62,099 bases of DNA from Acidimicrobiales bacterium (GTDB lineage Bacteria > Actinomycetota > Acidimicrobiia > Acidimicrobiales > Aldehydirespiratoraceae): positions 1-62,099 of the forward strand of contig JBDQKM010000001.1 in assembly GCA_040263275.1 (NCBI GenBank). The letters run 5' to 3'. Within the stretch, counting starts at the first letter, position 1; each line of letters opens with the position of its first letter. The notes beneath the pieces were generated by a model. That model was not told the DNA's origin, made no database searches, and saw only the letters and a list, made by a program, of their open reading frames with translations. Below, in pieces: positions 20,091 through 31,144 of this stretch. A program made the translations under genes and the position numbers.

Positions 20091-20624
20091 CTAGGGCCGC
20101 TGATCCCGCACGGTCTTCACGTGGTCGATCGCCTCGCGTAGCTCGCGGATCCAGTCGTCCTCGTGTTGGCCGACGAGACGCACGCACCACGCCAAGGCCT
20201 CGCTACGACTGCGGGCGACACCGGCGTCGATCAGGGTGTCGAGCACCTGGCGCTCGTCGATCCGCAGCCGGGTCATGGCCGGCGCGTTGACGGTGGTGAA
20301 CCGGGCTTCCGTCTCGCCGCAGACGACCGCCCAACTCACCTTGCGGGCGAAGGTGGCCTCGGCCTCGTCGGCGATCGTCATTCGCTGTTCGCGGGTGGCC
20401 TCCCGAAAGGCCACGATCTGTTGTTCGTGGCTGAGTCCGGCGCCGGGGGGGCCGAGGTTGCCGGTGACGAGGATCTCGTCGGCGTCGTGGCGCACCGTCG
20501 GCGGCTCGACGAACCAGCCGTCGGGGAGCGCGTCGGCGAACCAACCGAGGAGGGTGGCCGTGTCGGTGGCCGGCGCAGCGGCGGAACGCTCACGTCGGGA
20601 TCGGGGGGTGCGGGGAGGAGTCAT
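20091..20624 (-). CDS. hypothetical protein with C-terminal ribbon-helix-helix-like domain
   Basis: Track ORF trimmed to the ATG at 20624 (MTPPRTPRS...). C-terminal MTRLRIDERQVLDTLIDAGVARSRSEALAWCVRLV resembles CopG/RHH. The start choice is uncertain. Confidence 0.55.
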   Translation of the reverse strand: MTPPRTPRSRRERSAAAPATDTATLLGWFADALPDGWFVEPPTVRHDADEILVTGNLGPPGAGLSHEQQIVAFREATREQRMTIADEAEATFARKVSWAVVCGETEARFTTVNAPAMTRLRIDERQVLDTLIDAGVARSRSEALAWCVRLVGQHEDDWIRELREAIDHVKTVRDQRP

Positions 20625-20688
20625 GGGAATAGTTCGTAACCTAGATCGTTGTAAGCCAGTAATCAAGAACTGGAGGAAGGCTCATTAC

Positions 20689-22692
<2,004 letters not shown>

Positions 22693-22693
22693 T

Positions 22694-23398
22694 TCAGCGG
22701 CGGCTGAGCAGGCTCAGCACGTACCAGAACATGGTCATCACCGACGAGAACAGGCCCAGGGCCGCGGCGACGTGGGCCTGGGCCGGGTACTTCCGGATGA
22801 TGGTCTGGGTCTGGTAGAGGATGGCCACGCCCGAGAGGGCGATCATCGCGAGCGAGAACCACACGCCGAGGCTGAAGCCGAAGAGCACGGCGGCGACGAT
22901 CAGGGCCAGTGCCACCACGAAGCCGTACATCACGATCGGCCGCAGGAACGACAGGTCCTTGCGGGTGATGAACCCGACCACGGTGAGGCCGGAGAAGGCG
23001 ATGGCGGTGATGAGGGCCGCCGCGGCGACCGTGGTGCCGCCGTTGTCGGTCTCACGGAAGACGTAGTGCAGCATCGGGGCGAACAGCACGGCATAGAGCC
23101 CGGCCGATCCGAAGAGCGCGGCGTATTGCTTCGACGGGTTGAGGAGGTCGGCGGCCGCGTTGGCCACGATCCACTGGCCGACCATGAAGCCGCCCAGGAT
23201 GACCAACCAGGTCATGCCGCTGCCGGAGACGAGGTCGAAGATGCCCTTGGCGATCGGCGTGTTGAGGAAGATCGCCTCGACACCGACGAACACGAGAATC
23301 GCGGCCATCAGGTGCTGATAGACGCGCACCACGAAGTCGCCGCGGGCTTCGTCGTCGAGGGCCGCTACCGGGCGGAGGTCGAGATCACTGTTGCTCAT
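22694..23398 (-). CDS. Bax-inhibitor-1/YccA-family membrane protein
   Basis: 234 aa with seven hydrophobic segments. N-terminus (FVVRVYQHLMAAILVFVG...) is typical of the BI-1 family. Confidence 0.85.
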   Translation of the reverse strand: MSNSDLDLRPVAALDDEARGDFVVRVYQHLMAAILVFVGVEAIFLNTPIAKGIFDLVSGSGMTWLVILGGFMVGQWIVANAAADLLNPSKQYAALFGSAGLYAVLFAPMLHYVFRETDNGGTTVAAAALITAIAFSGLTVVGFITRKDLSFLRPIVMYGFVVALALIVAAVLFGFSLGVWFSLAMIALSGVAILYQTQTIIRKYPAQAHVAAALGLFSSVMTMFWYVLSLLSRR

Positions 23399-23449
23399 GA
23401 GCCGCAGGATACCGCCGAATCGTGAACCGCCCTGAGCGGGTCGCGCTGA

Positions 23450-24643
23450 TCAGGGGTGCTCGGGAAGCTGGATGACGCCGGCGTCGAGCAGCGCCTGGCG
23501 TTGTTCCGGGGTGATGCCGATGTCGTTCAGGACCTCGTCGACGTGCTCGTTGAGCAGCGGGGCCGACGCCTTGAACTCCGGCGGGGTCGCGCTGAACTGC
23601 GCCGACATGCGAGGGCTGCGGATGCGTCCGGCGGCCGGGTGCTCCCACTCCACGAACGTGCCGCTGTGCACGATCTGCGGATCGGTCGGGAGGTCCTCCA
23701 TCTGGTTGACGTGGCCGCACGGCACCGAGCGCTCGTGCATGCGGGGCAGGAGATCGGCGACCTTCCATTCGAGGAACGCGTTGCCGAGGAGGGCGCCGAT
23801 CTCCTCCTGCTTTCCATGGCGCTGTTCGGTGGTGCCGTAGGCCTCGACCCACTCGGGGTGCCCCAGCGCCTCGAAGAGGCCCTGGAACTGTCCGTCGGAG
23901 ATCACGAAGTAGACGATGTGGCCGTCGGCGCACTGGCTCAGCGTGTAGATCTCGCTGAGGCGGTAGCCGCGGGGGATGTCGGGGTCGAGCATGGTGTCGG
24001 CCATCCCGCCGTCGGGCCACAGGAACTGCACGGCGATGTCGAGCATCGAGAGCTCGATGTGTTGCCCGCCGTTGCCCTCGTTGCGGGCGTGCAGGGCGCT
24101 GGTGATGGCGAGGGCGGCCATCCATGCCGCCGCCTTGTCGACCACACCGTTGCGGACGAGGTCGGGGACCGGCACCTGCGGGTTCACTTGGAGCGCGACA
24201 TAGCCGGCCATTGCCTGCACGATCGGGTCGTAGACGGCCCGGTCGGCGTAGGGACCCGACGAGCCGTAGCCCGACATCGAGCAGTAGATGATCTCCGGGT
24301 TCACCGCGGCGCTTCCCTCCCAGCCGACGCCGAGCCGCTCCATCACCCCGGGACGCATGTTCTGCACCACCACGTCGGCGTCGCGGATCAGATCGAGGAC
24401 GAGATCCCGGCCGGCGTCCTGCTGGATGTCGACCTGGATGGACCGCTTGCCCCGGTTGTTGTTGACGACAGAACTGTTGAGCCCGCCCTTGGCGAACTGG
24501 GCCAGTCGGGTGAGGTCGCCGAAGGCCGGCGGCTCGACCTTGGTCACCTCGGCGCCGAGGTCGCTCAGGAGCATGCAGGCCAGCGGTCCCGCGATCACCT
24601 GGGTCATGTCGACGACCTTGATTCCTTCGAGTGGACCTGGCAT
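23450..24643 (-). CDS. CaiB/BaiF-family (class III) CoA-transferase
   Basis: 397 aa from the ATG at 24643 (MPGPLEGIKVVDMTQVIAGPLACMLLSDLGAEVTKVEPP...), the canonical family-III CoA-transferase N-terminus. Confidence 0.9.
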   Translation of the reverse strand: MPGPLEGIKVVDMTQVIAGPLACMLLSDLGAEVTKVEPPAFGDLTRLAQFAKGGLNSSVVNNNRGKRSIQVDIQQDAGRDLVLDLIRDADVVVQNMRPGVMERLGVGWEGSAAVNPEIIYCSMSGYGSSGPYADRAVYDPIVQAMAGYVALQVNPQVPVPDLVRNGVVDKAAAWMAALAITSALHARNEGNGGQHIELSMLDIAVQFLWPDGGMADTMLDPDIPRGYRLSEIYTLSQCADGHIVYFVISDGQFQGLFEALGHPEWVEAYGTTEQRHGKQEEIGALLGNAFLEWKVADLLPRMHERSVPCGHVNQMEDLPTDPQIVHSGTFVEWEHPAAGRIRSPRMSAQFSATPPEFKASAPLLNEHVDEVLNDIGITPEQRQALLDAGVIQLPEHP

Positions 24644-24736
24644 CTCGACCCCTTTCGTCCGCGAGCGCGACCCTAGCCGTGTAGCCTCAGCCAGCAGTTT
24701 TGGCCGACCGGCCAACCGGAACACCAGGAGTCCCCC

Positions 24737-24919
24737 ATGGGCATTCTCGACAAGATCAAGGGCCTCGTCGGCGGCAACGCCGACAAGGTCGAAGACGCCA
24801 TCGACAAGGCCGCCGACGTCGCCAAGGACAAGGTGCCCGACGCGCACGACGACAAGGTCGACATGGCCGCCGACAAGGCGAAGGACCTCGTCGACGGTCT
24901 CGACGGCGACGACGCCTGA
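24737..24919 (+). CDS. small MT0933/Rv0909-like antitoxin-type (CsbD-like) protein
   Basis: 60 aa, MGILDKIKGLVGGNADKVEDAIDKAADVAKDKV.... AGGAG SD upstream and a hairpin terminator downstream. Confidence 0.6.
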   Translation: MGILDKIKGLVGGNADKVEDAIDKAADVAKDKVPDAHDDKVDMAADKAKDLVDGLDGDDA

Positions 24920-24939
24920 GCGTCAGTAGATTCCTGAGG

Positions 24940-24961
24940 ACCGCGCCCCTCGGGGCGCGGT
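24940..24961 (+). terminator. intrinsic terminator-like hairpin
   Basis: ACCGCGCCC-CTCG-GGGCGCGGT, followed by TCTTCGCG. Confidence 0.5.
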
Positions 24962-25030
24962 TCTTCGCGTCCGGGCCGACTCGCGCGTTCCGGCTCCCCG
25001 CCGGTACCGTCGTAGGCCGGATGAGAGGTC

Positions 25031-26209
25031 ATGCGCGTGGGTAATCCCTGGTTTGAAACGGTCGCCATCGCTCAGGAGCGGGCCAAGAAGCGACTCCCGA
25101 AGTCGGTCTACGGCGCCCTGATCGCCGGTGCCGAGGCCGGCATCTCGATGCGCGACAACGTGTCGGCCTTCGACGAGATCGGCTTCCGGCCGGTCACGGC
25201 CGGCCAGGCCGCCGAGCGTTCGATGGACGTCACGGTCATGGGCCAGTCGGCATCGATGCCGGTGATCATGTCGCCCACCGGCGTGCAGGCCGTGCATCCC
25301 GACGGTGAGGTCGCCGTCGCGGCCGGAGCCGCCAATCGGGGCATTCCTTCCGGTCTCAGCTCGTTCGCCTCGAAGCCGATCGAAGAGGTCGCGGCCGTCA
25401 ATTCGCAGCTCTTCTTCCAGATCTACTGGGCCGGCGACAAGGACTCCATGCTCGCCCGGATCGCCCGGGCCAAGGCGGCGGGCGCCGTCGGTCTGATCCT
25501 CACGCTCGACTGGTCGTTCTCGCACGGCCGCGACTGGGGAAGCCCGGCCATCCCGCAGTCCTTCACCCTCAAGGAACTCATTCCTCATGCCCCCGACGTG
25601 CTCCGCAAGCCGCGCTGGGCGTGGACCTGGGCGAAGTCGGGTCAGATCCCGCGGCTGACGGTGCCCAACTTCGCGACCGGCGGCGACACGCCGCCGGTCT
25701 TCTTCGAGGCCTACGGCACCTGGATGGGCACACCCCCGCCGACGTGGGACGATGTCGCCTGGCTGCGTGAGCAGTGGGACGGGCCGTTCATGGTCAAGGG
25801 CGTCGTGCGGGCCGACGAGGCCCGTCGCGCCGTCGACGCCGGCGCCACCTGCGTGTCGGTCTCGAACCACGGCGGCAACAATGTCGACGGCGCCCCTGCG
25901 TCGATCCGCATGTTGCCGGAGATTGTGGCCGCGGTCGGCGATCAGGTCGAGGTCGTGCTCGACGGTGGCGTGCGCCGCGGATCCGATGTGGTCAAGGCCT
26001 GCGCTCTGGGCGCCGATGCGGTGCTCATCGGTCGCGCCTACCTCTGGGGCCTCGCCGCCAACGGCCAGGCCGGTGTCGAGAACGTGCTCGACATCCTGCG
26101 CGGTGGCATCGACGCGACCCTTCGGGGCATCGGCGTCGACTCGATCGCCGATCTCACGCCCGACGACGTCATCGTCCCCGACGGCTTCTCACCGCCGCCC
26201 CTCGGCTGA
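25031..26209 (+). CDS. mftD: pre-mycofactocin synthase MftD (FMN-dependent alpha-hydroxy-acid-oxidase fold)
   Basis: 392 aa. The N-terminus NPWFETVAIAQERAKKRLPKSVYGALIAGAE... is characteristic of MftD. FMN-dehydrogenase motifs are present (SNHGGN, GGVRRGSDVVKA). Confidence 0.88.
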   Translation: MRVGNPWFETVAIAQERAKKRLPKSVYGALIAGAEAGISMRDNVSAFDEIGFRPVTAGQAAERSMDVTVMGQSASMPVIMSPTGVQAVHPDGEVAVAAGAANRGIPSGLSSFASKPIEEVAAVNSQLFFQIYWAGDKDSMLARIARAKAAGAVGLILTLDWSFSHGRDWGSPAIPQSFTLKELIPHAPDVLRKPRWAWTWAKSGQIPRLTVPNFATGGDTPPVFFEAYGTWMGTPPPTWDDVAWLREQWDGPFMVKGVVRADEARRAVDAGATCVSVSNHGGNNVDGAPASIRMLPEIVAAVGDQVEVVLDGGVRRGSDVVKACALGADAVLIGRAYLWGLAANGQAGVENVLDILRGGIDATLRGIGVDSIADLTPDDVIVPDGFSPPPLG

Positions 26210-26227
26210 CCCGAGCCCCCGCCGCAA

Positions 26228-26422
26228 TCAGCCGACGCCGGCGCCGGTCACGATCCCGTCGTCGACCTCGACATCGATCACGGCGGTGTCGTCGAGCACC
26301 GGGTTGGTGGTGTCGCTGATGTAGAGCAGTTCGTCGCCGTTGATGATGCGGACCGACACCGACACGTCGGGCCCGGTGCCGTCCGCCGGCGTCCACTCGA
26401 CCTCGTAGTCGAGCGGCAGCAT
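26228..26422 (-). CDS. hypothetical small acidic protein (64 aa)
   Basis: Track ORF 21 nt downstream of the ACAD gene on the same strand. Nearly every codon ends in G or C, a strong coding signature in this genome. No family recognised. Confidence 0.5.
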   Translation of the reverse strand: MLPLDYEVEWTPADGTGPDVSVSVRIINGDELLYISDTTNPVLDDTAVIDVEVDDGIVTGAGVG

Positions 26423-26443
26423 CGCGACGTCGTCGTAGACCCC

Positions 26444-27529
26444 TCAGCGGTTCCCGCTCGCCGCCAAGTCGGCGCCGATGGCCCGGAGCTGCTGGTTGGC
26501 AGCACCGAGCGTGACCTCGAGATGCTTGTTCCAGAGGGTGACGCGGTGCAGGGGGTAGTCGACGTCGACGCCGATGCCGCCGTGCATGTGCTGGGCGCCG
26601 TGGGCGACGAAGTGGGCACCCTCCGAGCCGAACCATTTGGCGATCCTGAGGTCTTCCCAGGGATCGAGCCCGTTGGCGATGCGCCAGAGGGCCGACTGGG
26701 TCTGGAGGCGCAGCCCTTCGACCTGGATGAAGCAGTCGGCGAGACGCTGGGTCACCGCCTGGAAGGTGGCGATCGGTCGGCCGAACTGCTCGCGCTCGCT
26801 GGTGTAGGCCGCGGTCAACCGGAGTTGACCCTCGACCACCCCGAGCTGGGTGGCACACACGAGCGCGAGGTAGCGCGCCTCGAACCAGCGGACGGCATCC
26901 TCCCCGGTGGCCAGCAACGCCGCGGGCGTGGCCGCGAACGTCAACTCGTGGACGGGCTGCTTGCGGCTCGTGACTCCGGCCTCCGCGGCGACGCCGTCGA
27001 GCGCGACCAGGTAGAGGCCGACCCCGTCCGGTCCCACGGCGTTGACGACTGCGTGGGTGGCCGCGTCGGCGAACTCCACGACGGATTTCACCCCGGTGAG
27101 CGCGCCCGCGGCGTCGGCGGTGACCCCGGGGCGGGCGAGGTCCTCGCGCAACGACTCGGCCACGGCCACGGTCAGGATGCGAGAGCCGTCGCACACGCCG
27201 GGCAGGAACTCGGCCGACGCGTCGTCGGCGAACTCGGCGATCGTCATCGCCGCGAGCATCGTCGGCAGTGCCGGCACCGGTGCGACGTGGCGACCCACCG
27301 CCTCGCACACGAGGCCGGCCTCGATGATCCCGAGGCCACCGCCACCGTGTGACTCGGGCAACGCGATCCCCACCAGACCCGCGTCGGCCATCAGCATCCA
27401 CTCGTCGGCTGCGAACCAATCTGCGCTCGCTTCGACCTCCTTGAGACGATCGTGGTCGACCTTGTCGCCGAGGATCTGCATCGCCAGATCGCTCACGGCC
27501 TGTTCCTGTTCGTTCAGGTTGAAGTCCAT
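26444..27529 (-). CDS. acyl-CoA dehydrogenase family protein
   Basis: 361 aa with ACAD N-terminal, middle and C-terminal organisation (MDFNLNEQEQAV...GGIGV...). Confidence 0.85.
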   Translation of the reverse strand: MDFNLNEQEQAVSDLAMQILGDKVDHDRLKEVEASADWFAADEWMLMADAGLVGIALPESHGGGGLGIIEAGLVCEAVGRHVAPVPALPTMLAAMTIAEFADDASAEFLPGVCDGSRILTVAVAESLREDLARPGVTADAAGALTGVKSVVEFADAATHAVVNAVGPDGVGLYLVALDGVAAEAGVTSRKQPVHELTFAATPAALLATGEDAVRWFEARYLALVCATQLGVVEGQLRLTAAYTSEREQFGRPIATFQAVTQRLADCFIQVEGLRLQTQSALWRIANGLDPWEDLRIAKWFGSEGAHFVAHGAQHMHGGIGVDVDYPLHRVTLWNKHLEVTLGAANQQLRAIGADLAASGNR

Positions 27530-27539
27530 GACGAGCCCC

Positions 27540-28724
27540 TCACTTCCTGCGCTTCTCGCGGGGGAGCGCCATGCCCGCCCAACCGATGATGTCCCGTTGC
27601 AGCTCGTTGGTCCCTCCGCCGAAGGTCAGGACCCAGACGCCCCGATAGAGCTCGTCGATCCGACCCGCGAGGATGGCGCCGGTCGAGCCGGGCCGCAGCG
27701 CGCCGAGCGCACCGAACAGCTCGGTCGCCTCCTTGTAGATGACGTGCATCGACTCGGAGCCCCAGACCTTCACCGAGCTGGCGACGGCCGGATTGAGTGC
27801 GCCGGTGGTCTGGTTGTAGGCGACCTTCCAGTTGAGCAGGTCGAGGAAGCGGACTCGGGCCCGCATCTCGGCCAGCTTGACCTGCACCCACTCCTGGTCG
27901 ATGACCCGGCCACCGTCGGGGTGCTCGGTGTCGCGAGCCCAGTCGATGATCTGGTTGACCGTGTTGGTGACGCCGCCGGCCGCGCACAGCGAGACCCGCT
28001 CCTGGTTGAGCTGGCTGGTGATGAGGTTCCACCCGCCGTGGACCTCGCCGACCACCGCCGATTCGGGCACCCGCACGTCGTCGTAGAACGTGGCGGTGGT
28101 GTTGGTCGTGCCCATCGTGATGAACGGAGTGATCGAGAAGCCCGGGTCACTGGTGGGGACCAGGAAGATGGTGATGCCCTTGTGGGCGGGTGCATCGGGA
28201 TCGGTGCGAGCGGCGAGCCAGATGTAGTCGGCATCCCAGGCGAGCGAGGTGTACAGCTTCTGGCCATTGATGACCCACTCGTCACCGTCCTTCACCGCCT
28301 TGGTCTGCAGCGACGCCAGGTCGGACCCGGCGCCGGGTTCGGAGTAGCCGATGGAGAAGAACATGTCGCCGGTGAGGATCTTCGGTAGGAACTCGTTCTT
28401 CTGCTCGTCGGTGCCGAAGTGGCGCAGGGTCGGTCCGACCGTGTTGGTCGTGAGGAACGGGATCGGGCAACCGGCCTTCTGCGCCTCGTTGAAGAAGATG
28501 TAGTTCTCGACCGGTGAGTAGCCCTTGCCGCCGTACTCCTCCGGCCAGGCCACGCCGAGCCACCCGTCGGCACCGATCTTGCGGATGAGGTCGCGGTAGG
28601 GCTCGTTGGCGCTGAGCTCGTCGTTGCGGATCGACGCCTTGACCTCGTCGGTCATCAACGTCGTGAAGTAGTCGCGGAGCTCGGCCTGCAGATCCTTTTG
28701 TTCCGGAGTCAGGTCGACATGCAT
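27540..28724 (-). CDS. acyl-CoA dehydrogenase family protein
   Basis: 394 aa. MHVDLTPEQKDLQAELRDYF..., GYSEPGAGSDLA, and C-terminal GGGTNELQRDII. Confidence 0.9.
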   Translation of the reverse strand: MHVDLTPEQKDLQAELRDYFTTLMTDEVKASIRNDELSANEPYRDLIRKIGADGWLGVAWPEEYGGKGYSPVENYIFFNEAQKAGCPIPFLTTNTVGPTLRHFGTDEQKNEFLPKILTGDMFFSIGYSEPGAGSDLASLQTKAVKDGDEWVINGQKLYTSLAWDADYIWLAARTDPDAPAHKGITIFLVPTSDPGFSITPFITMGTTNTTATFYDDVRVPESAVVGEVHGGWNLITSQLNQERVSLCAAGGVTNTVNQIIDWARDTEHPDGGRVIDQEWVQVKLAEMRARVRFLDLLNWKVAYNQTTGALNPAVASSVKVWGSESMHVIYKEATELFGALGALRPGSTGAILAGRIDELYRGVWVLTFGGGTNELQRDIIGWAGMALPREKRRK

Positions 28725-28736
28725 GCCGAGACTGTC

Positions 28737-29561
28737 TCAGACGGGGTCGCCCACCGCCACTCGCGCCATCTCCCGTCGAGCCGGGAAGTGGTCACCGGTC
28801 GCGAAGTGCTGGGTCGACCGTTCGTCCCAGAGGCACAACTCGCCCACGGTCCACCGGTGGCGGAGGCAGTGGTTGGGTTGCACGGCGTGGTCGACGAGGA
28901 AGCCGAGCAGGGCGTCGGACTCCGCGGGTTCGAGTTCGACGATCCGACGGGTGAACTGCTTGTTGACGGCGAGATAGCGACGCCCGGTCGTCGGGTGGGT
29001 GCCCACCACCGGGTGTCGGGTGTCGGGCAGCAACGTCTTGGCCATCTCGAAGACGTCGACCCCGCCCTTGGTCTTGAACGCCTCGCCCGACCCGATGTCG
29101 TGATGGGCGGTGAGCCCGTCGAGCGCGTCCCGCAGTCGGGGCGACAGGCTGTCGTAGGCGGCGTACATCGAGGCCCAGAGCGTGTCGCCGCCCTGTTCCG
29201 GCATCTCGATCGGGCGCAGCGACCCGATCGTGGGCGGGGCGAGATCCCAGCTCACGTCGGTGTGCCAGCGATCCTGGAAGGGTGGGTGGTCGGCGTCGTC
29301 GACGATGTGCTCGACCATGGCCTCGGTACGGCCGGCCACCCGGGCGAGGGGATGGACGTAGGGCGAGCCGACACGAAGCAGCAATTCGAGATGCTGTGGA
29401 TCGGTGAGGTCCTCCTGGCCCCGAACGAAGACCACCTGGTGTTCGTGCACGGCAGCGACGACCTCGGCCAGCGTGTCGTCGTCGATCGTGTCGAGCCTCG
29501 GGAGTCCGGTCAGGGTCGCGCCGAGCACCGATGTGCACCGCTGCGTCTCGAAGGAGGCCAT
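28737..29561 (-). CDS. TauD/TfdA-family Fe(II)/2-oxoglutarate dioxygenase
   Basis: 274 aa. WHTDVSW (HxD facial triad) and the distal His region (TAHHDIG). Confidence 0.85.
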   Translation of the reverse strand: MASFETQRCTSVLGATLTGLPRLDTIDDDTLAEVVAAVHEHQVVFVRGQEDLTDPQHLELLLRVGSPYVHPLARVAGRTEAMVEHIVDDADHPPFQDRWHTDVSWDLAPPTIGSLRPIEMPEQGGDTLWASMYAAYDSLSPRLRDALDGLTAHHDIGSGEAFKTKGGVDVFEMAKTLLPDTRHPVVGTHPTTGRRYLAVNKQFTRRIVELEPAESDALLGFLVDHAVQPNHCLRHRWTVGELCLWDERSTQHFATGDHFPARREMARVAVGDPV

Positions 29562-29584
29562 GGCGGGACACTACCGTCGGCGAC

Positions 29585-30250
29585 ATGCGCCTGGGATCCC
29601 GTCCGTCGTCGGCAGTCGCCGACGGTGGCCATCTCCTTCTCGTGCCCTTGGGCGCGACGGAACAGCACGGCCCCCACCTGCCGCTCGACACCGACACGCG
29701 CATTGCGGTGGCCGTGGCGGACGGGGTCGCACTGCGGATCGAGGGAGCGCTCGTCGCACCGGCGATCGCCATCGGTGCGTCGGGCGAACACGCCGGCTTC
29801 GCGGGCACGCTGTCGGTCGGCACCAAGGTCCTTGCCGACATGCTCGTCGAGATCGTCCGGACCGCCGGACCCGAGTTCACGCGCATCGTGGTGGTCAACG
29901 CCCACGGCGGCAACGCCTATGCCTTGCGGGCCGCGACGGCGACGTGCGCGGCCGAGGGTCGTTCGCTCGAGGTCTGGTCGGTGCGTCTGCCCGGGGCCGA
30001 CGCCCACGCAGGACGCACCGAGACGTCGCTCCTGCTTCATCTCGCACCGGAGTCGGTCTTGCTCGACCGGGCCGCGGCCGGCAACACCGCCCCCCTCGAG
30101 GAGTTGCTCCCCCCGATGATGGAAGGCGGCGTGGGCGAGGTCTCGGCCAACGGCGTGCTCGGCGATCCCACCGGCGCGGATGCCGCCGAAGGGGCGGCGT
30201 TGTTGCGACAGCTGGTCGATGCCGCGGTGGCCCAGATCGCCGACGGGTAG
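29585..30250 (+). CDS. mftE: mycofactocin precursor peptidase MftE (creatininase fold)
   Basis: 221 aa from the ATG at 29585. LLLVPLGATEQHGPHLPLDTDTRIA is the creatinine-amidohydrolase/MftE signature. TACCGT sits 7 nt upstream of the ATG, consistent with a leaderless-type -10. Confidence 0.85.
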   Translation: MRLGSRPSSAVADGGHLLLVPLGATEQHGPHLPLDTDTRIAVAVADGVALRIEGALVAPAIAIGASGEHAGFAGTLSVGTKVLADMLVEIVRTAGPEFTRIVVVNAHGGNAYALRAATATCAAEGRSLEVWSVRLPGADAHAGRTETSLLLHLAPESVLLDRAAAGNTAPLEELLPPMMEGGVGEVSANGVLGDPTGADAAEGAALLRQLVDAAVAQIADG

Positions 30251-30285
30251 TCGCACTTCGGGGCCGCACCTGCGACGCTGGCGAG

Positions 30286-31077
30286 GTGGATCGACCCGTA
30301 GCCCTCGTCACCGGAGCCGCCCGCGGCATGGGTGCCGCAACCGTTCACCGCCTCGTGGCCGACGGATGGTCGGTCGTCGCGACCGACGTCTGTGCCGACG
30401 AACCGGCCATTCCCTACGGCTTGGGCACGCTCGAGGAGCTCGAATCTGTCGCCGCCGCCGGTGGTGAACACGTCACCCCCGTCGTGGCCGATGTCCGTGA
30501 CCAGGCCGCGATGCGCGCGGCCGTGGCCACCGCCGTCGATCTCTTCGGTCGGCTCGACGCGGCGATCGCGATGGCCGGGGTTTTCGCCGCCGGCGACCGG
30601 CTCTGGGAGGTCTCCGACGAAGAGTGGGATGCCGTGGTCGACATCGATCTCCGCGGGGTGTTCCACACCGCCCGTGCGGCCGTTCCGGCGATTCTCGAGA
30701 GTCCGGAGCCGTGGAGAGGACGGTTCGTGGCGATCGCATCGACCGCGGCGATGGTCGGTCTCCAGAACATGGCCCCCTACGTCGCCGCCAAACACGGCGT
30801 GGTGGGTTTGACCCGGTCCCTGGCCATCGACCTGGCCGGAACCGGCATCACGTCCAACGCGATCGCGCCGGGATCGACCCGCACCGCGATCCTCGAGGCG
30901 TCGGCCGCTGCCTACGACACCGACATCGACGAGTTCGCCGAGCACCAGCGCCCGATCGGACGCCTCGTCGAACCCGAGGAGATCGCCGGCGCCGTCGCCT
31001 ACCTGTGCTCGGAAGCCGCCGCGGCGGTCACCGGTGTGGTGCTCCCCGTCGACGGAGGGATGACGAGCACCATCTGA
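30286..31077 (+). CDS. mycofactocin-coupled SDR-family oxidoreductase
   Basis: 263 aa from the GTG at 30286 (VDRPVALVTGAARGMGAA...). It has the insertion after the first beta-alpha unit (DVCADEPAIPYGLGTLEELESV) typical of the non-exchangeable-NAD SDRs that co-occur with mft genes. YVAAKHG is present. Confidence 0.8.
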   Translation: MDRPVALVTGAARGMGAATVHRLVADGWSVVATDVCADEPAIPYGLGTLEELESVAAAGGEHVTPVVADVRDQAAMRAAVATAVDLFGRLDAAIAMAGVFAAGDRLWEVSDEEWDAVVDIDLRGVFHTARAAVPAILESPEPWRGRFVAIASTAAMVGLQNMAPYVAAKHGVVGLTRSLAIDLAGTGITSNAIAPGSTRTAILEASAAAYDTDIDEFAEHQRPIGRLVEPEEIAGAVAYLCSEAAAAVTGVVLPVDGGMTSTI

Positions 31078-31144
31078 CGCCATCTGACGAGGAGATCCGA
31101 CCGGGACTACGGTCTGTCGCTCAGCGACGGAGGTACAGGATCAG

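Noticed and set aside
24737-24919. MT0933-like small protein as half of a toxin-antitoxin module
   Set aside because: No adjacent toxin-like ORF exists. The neighbours are a divergent CoA-transferase and mftD. The family frequently occurs as stand-alone CsbD-like stress proteins.
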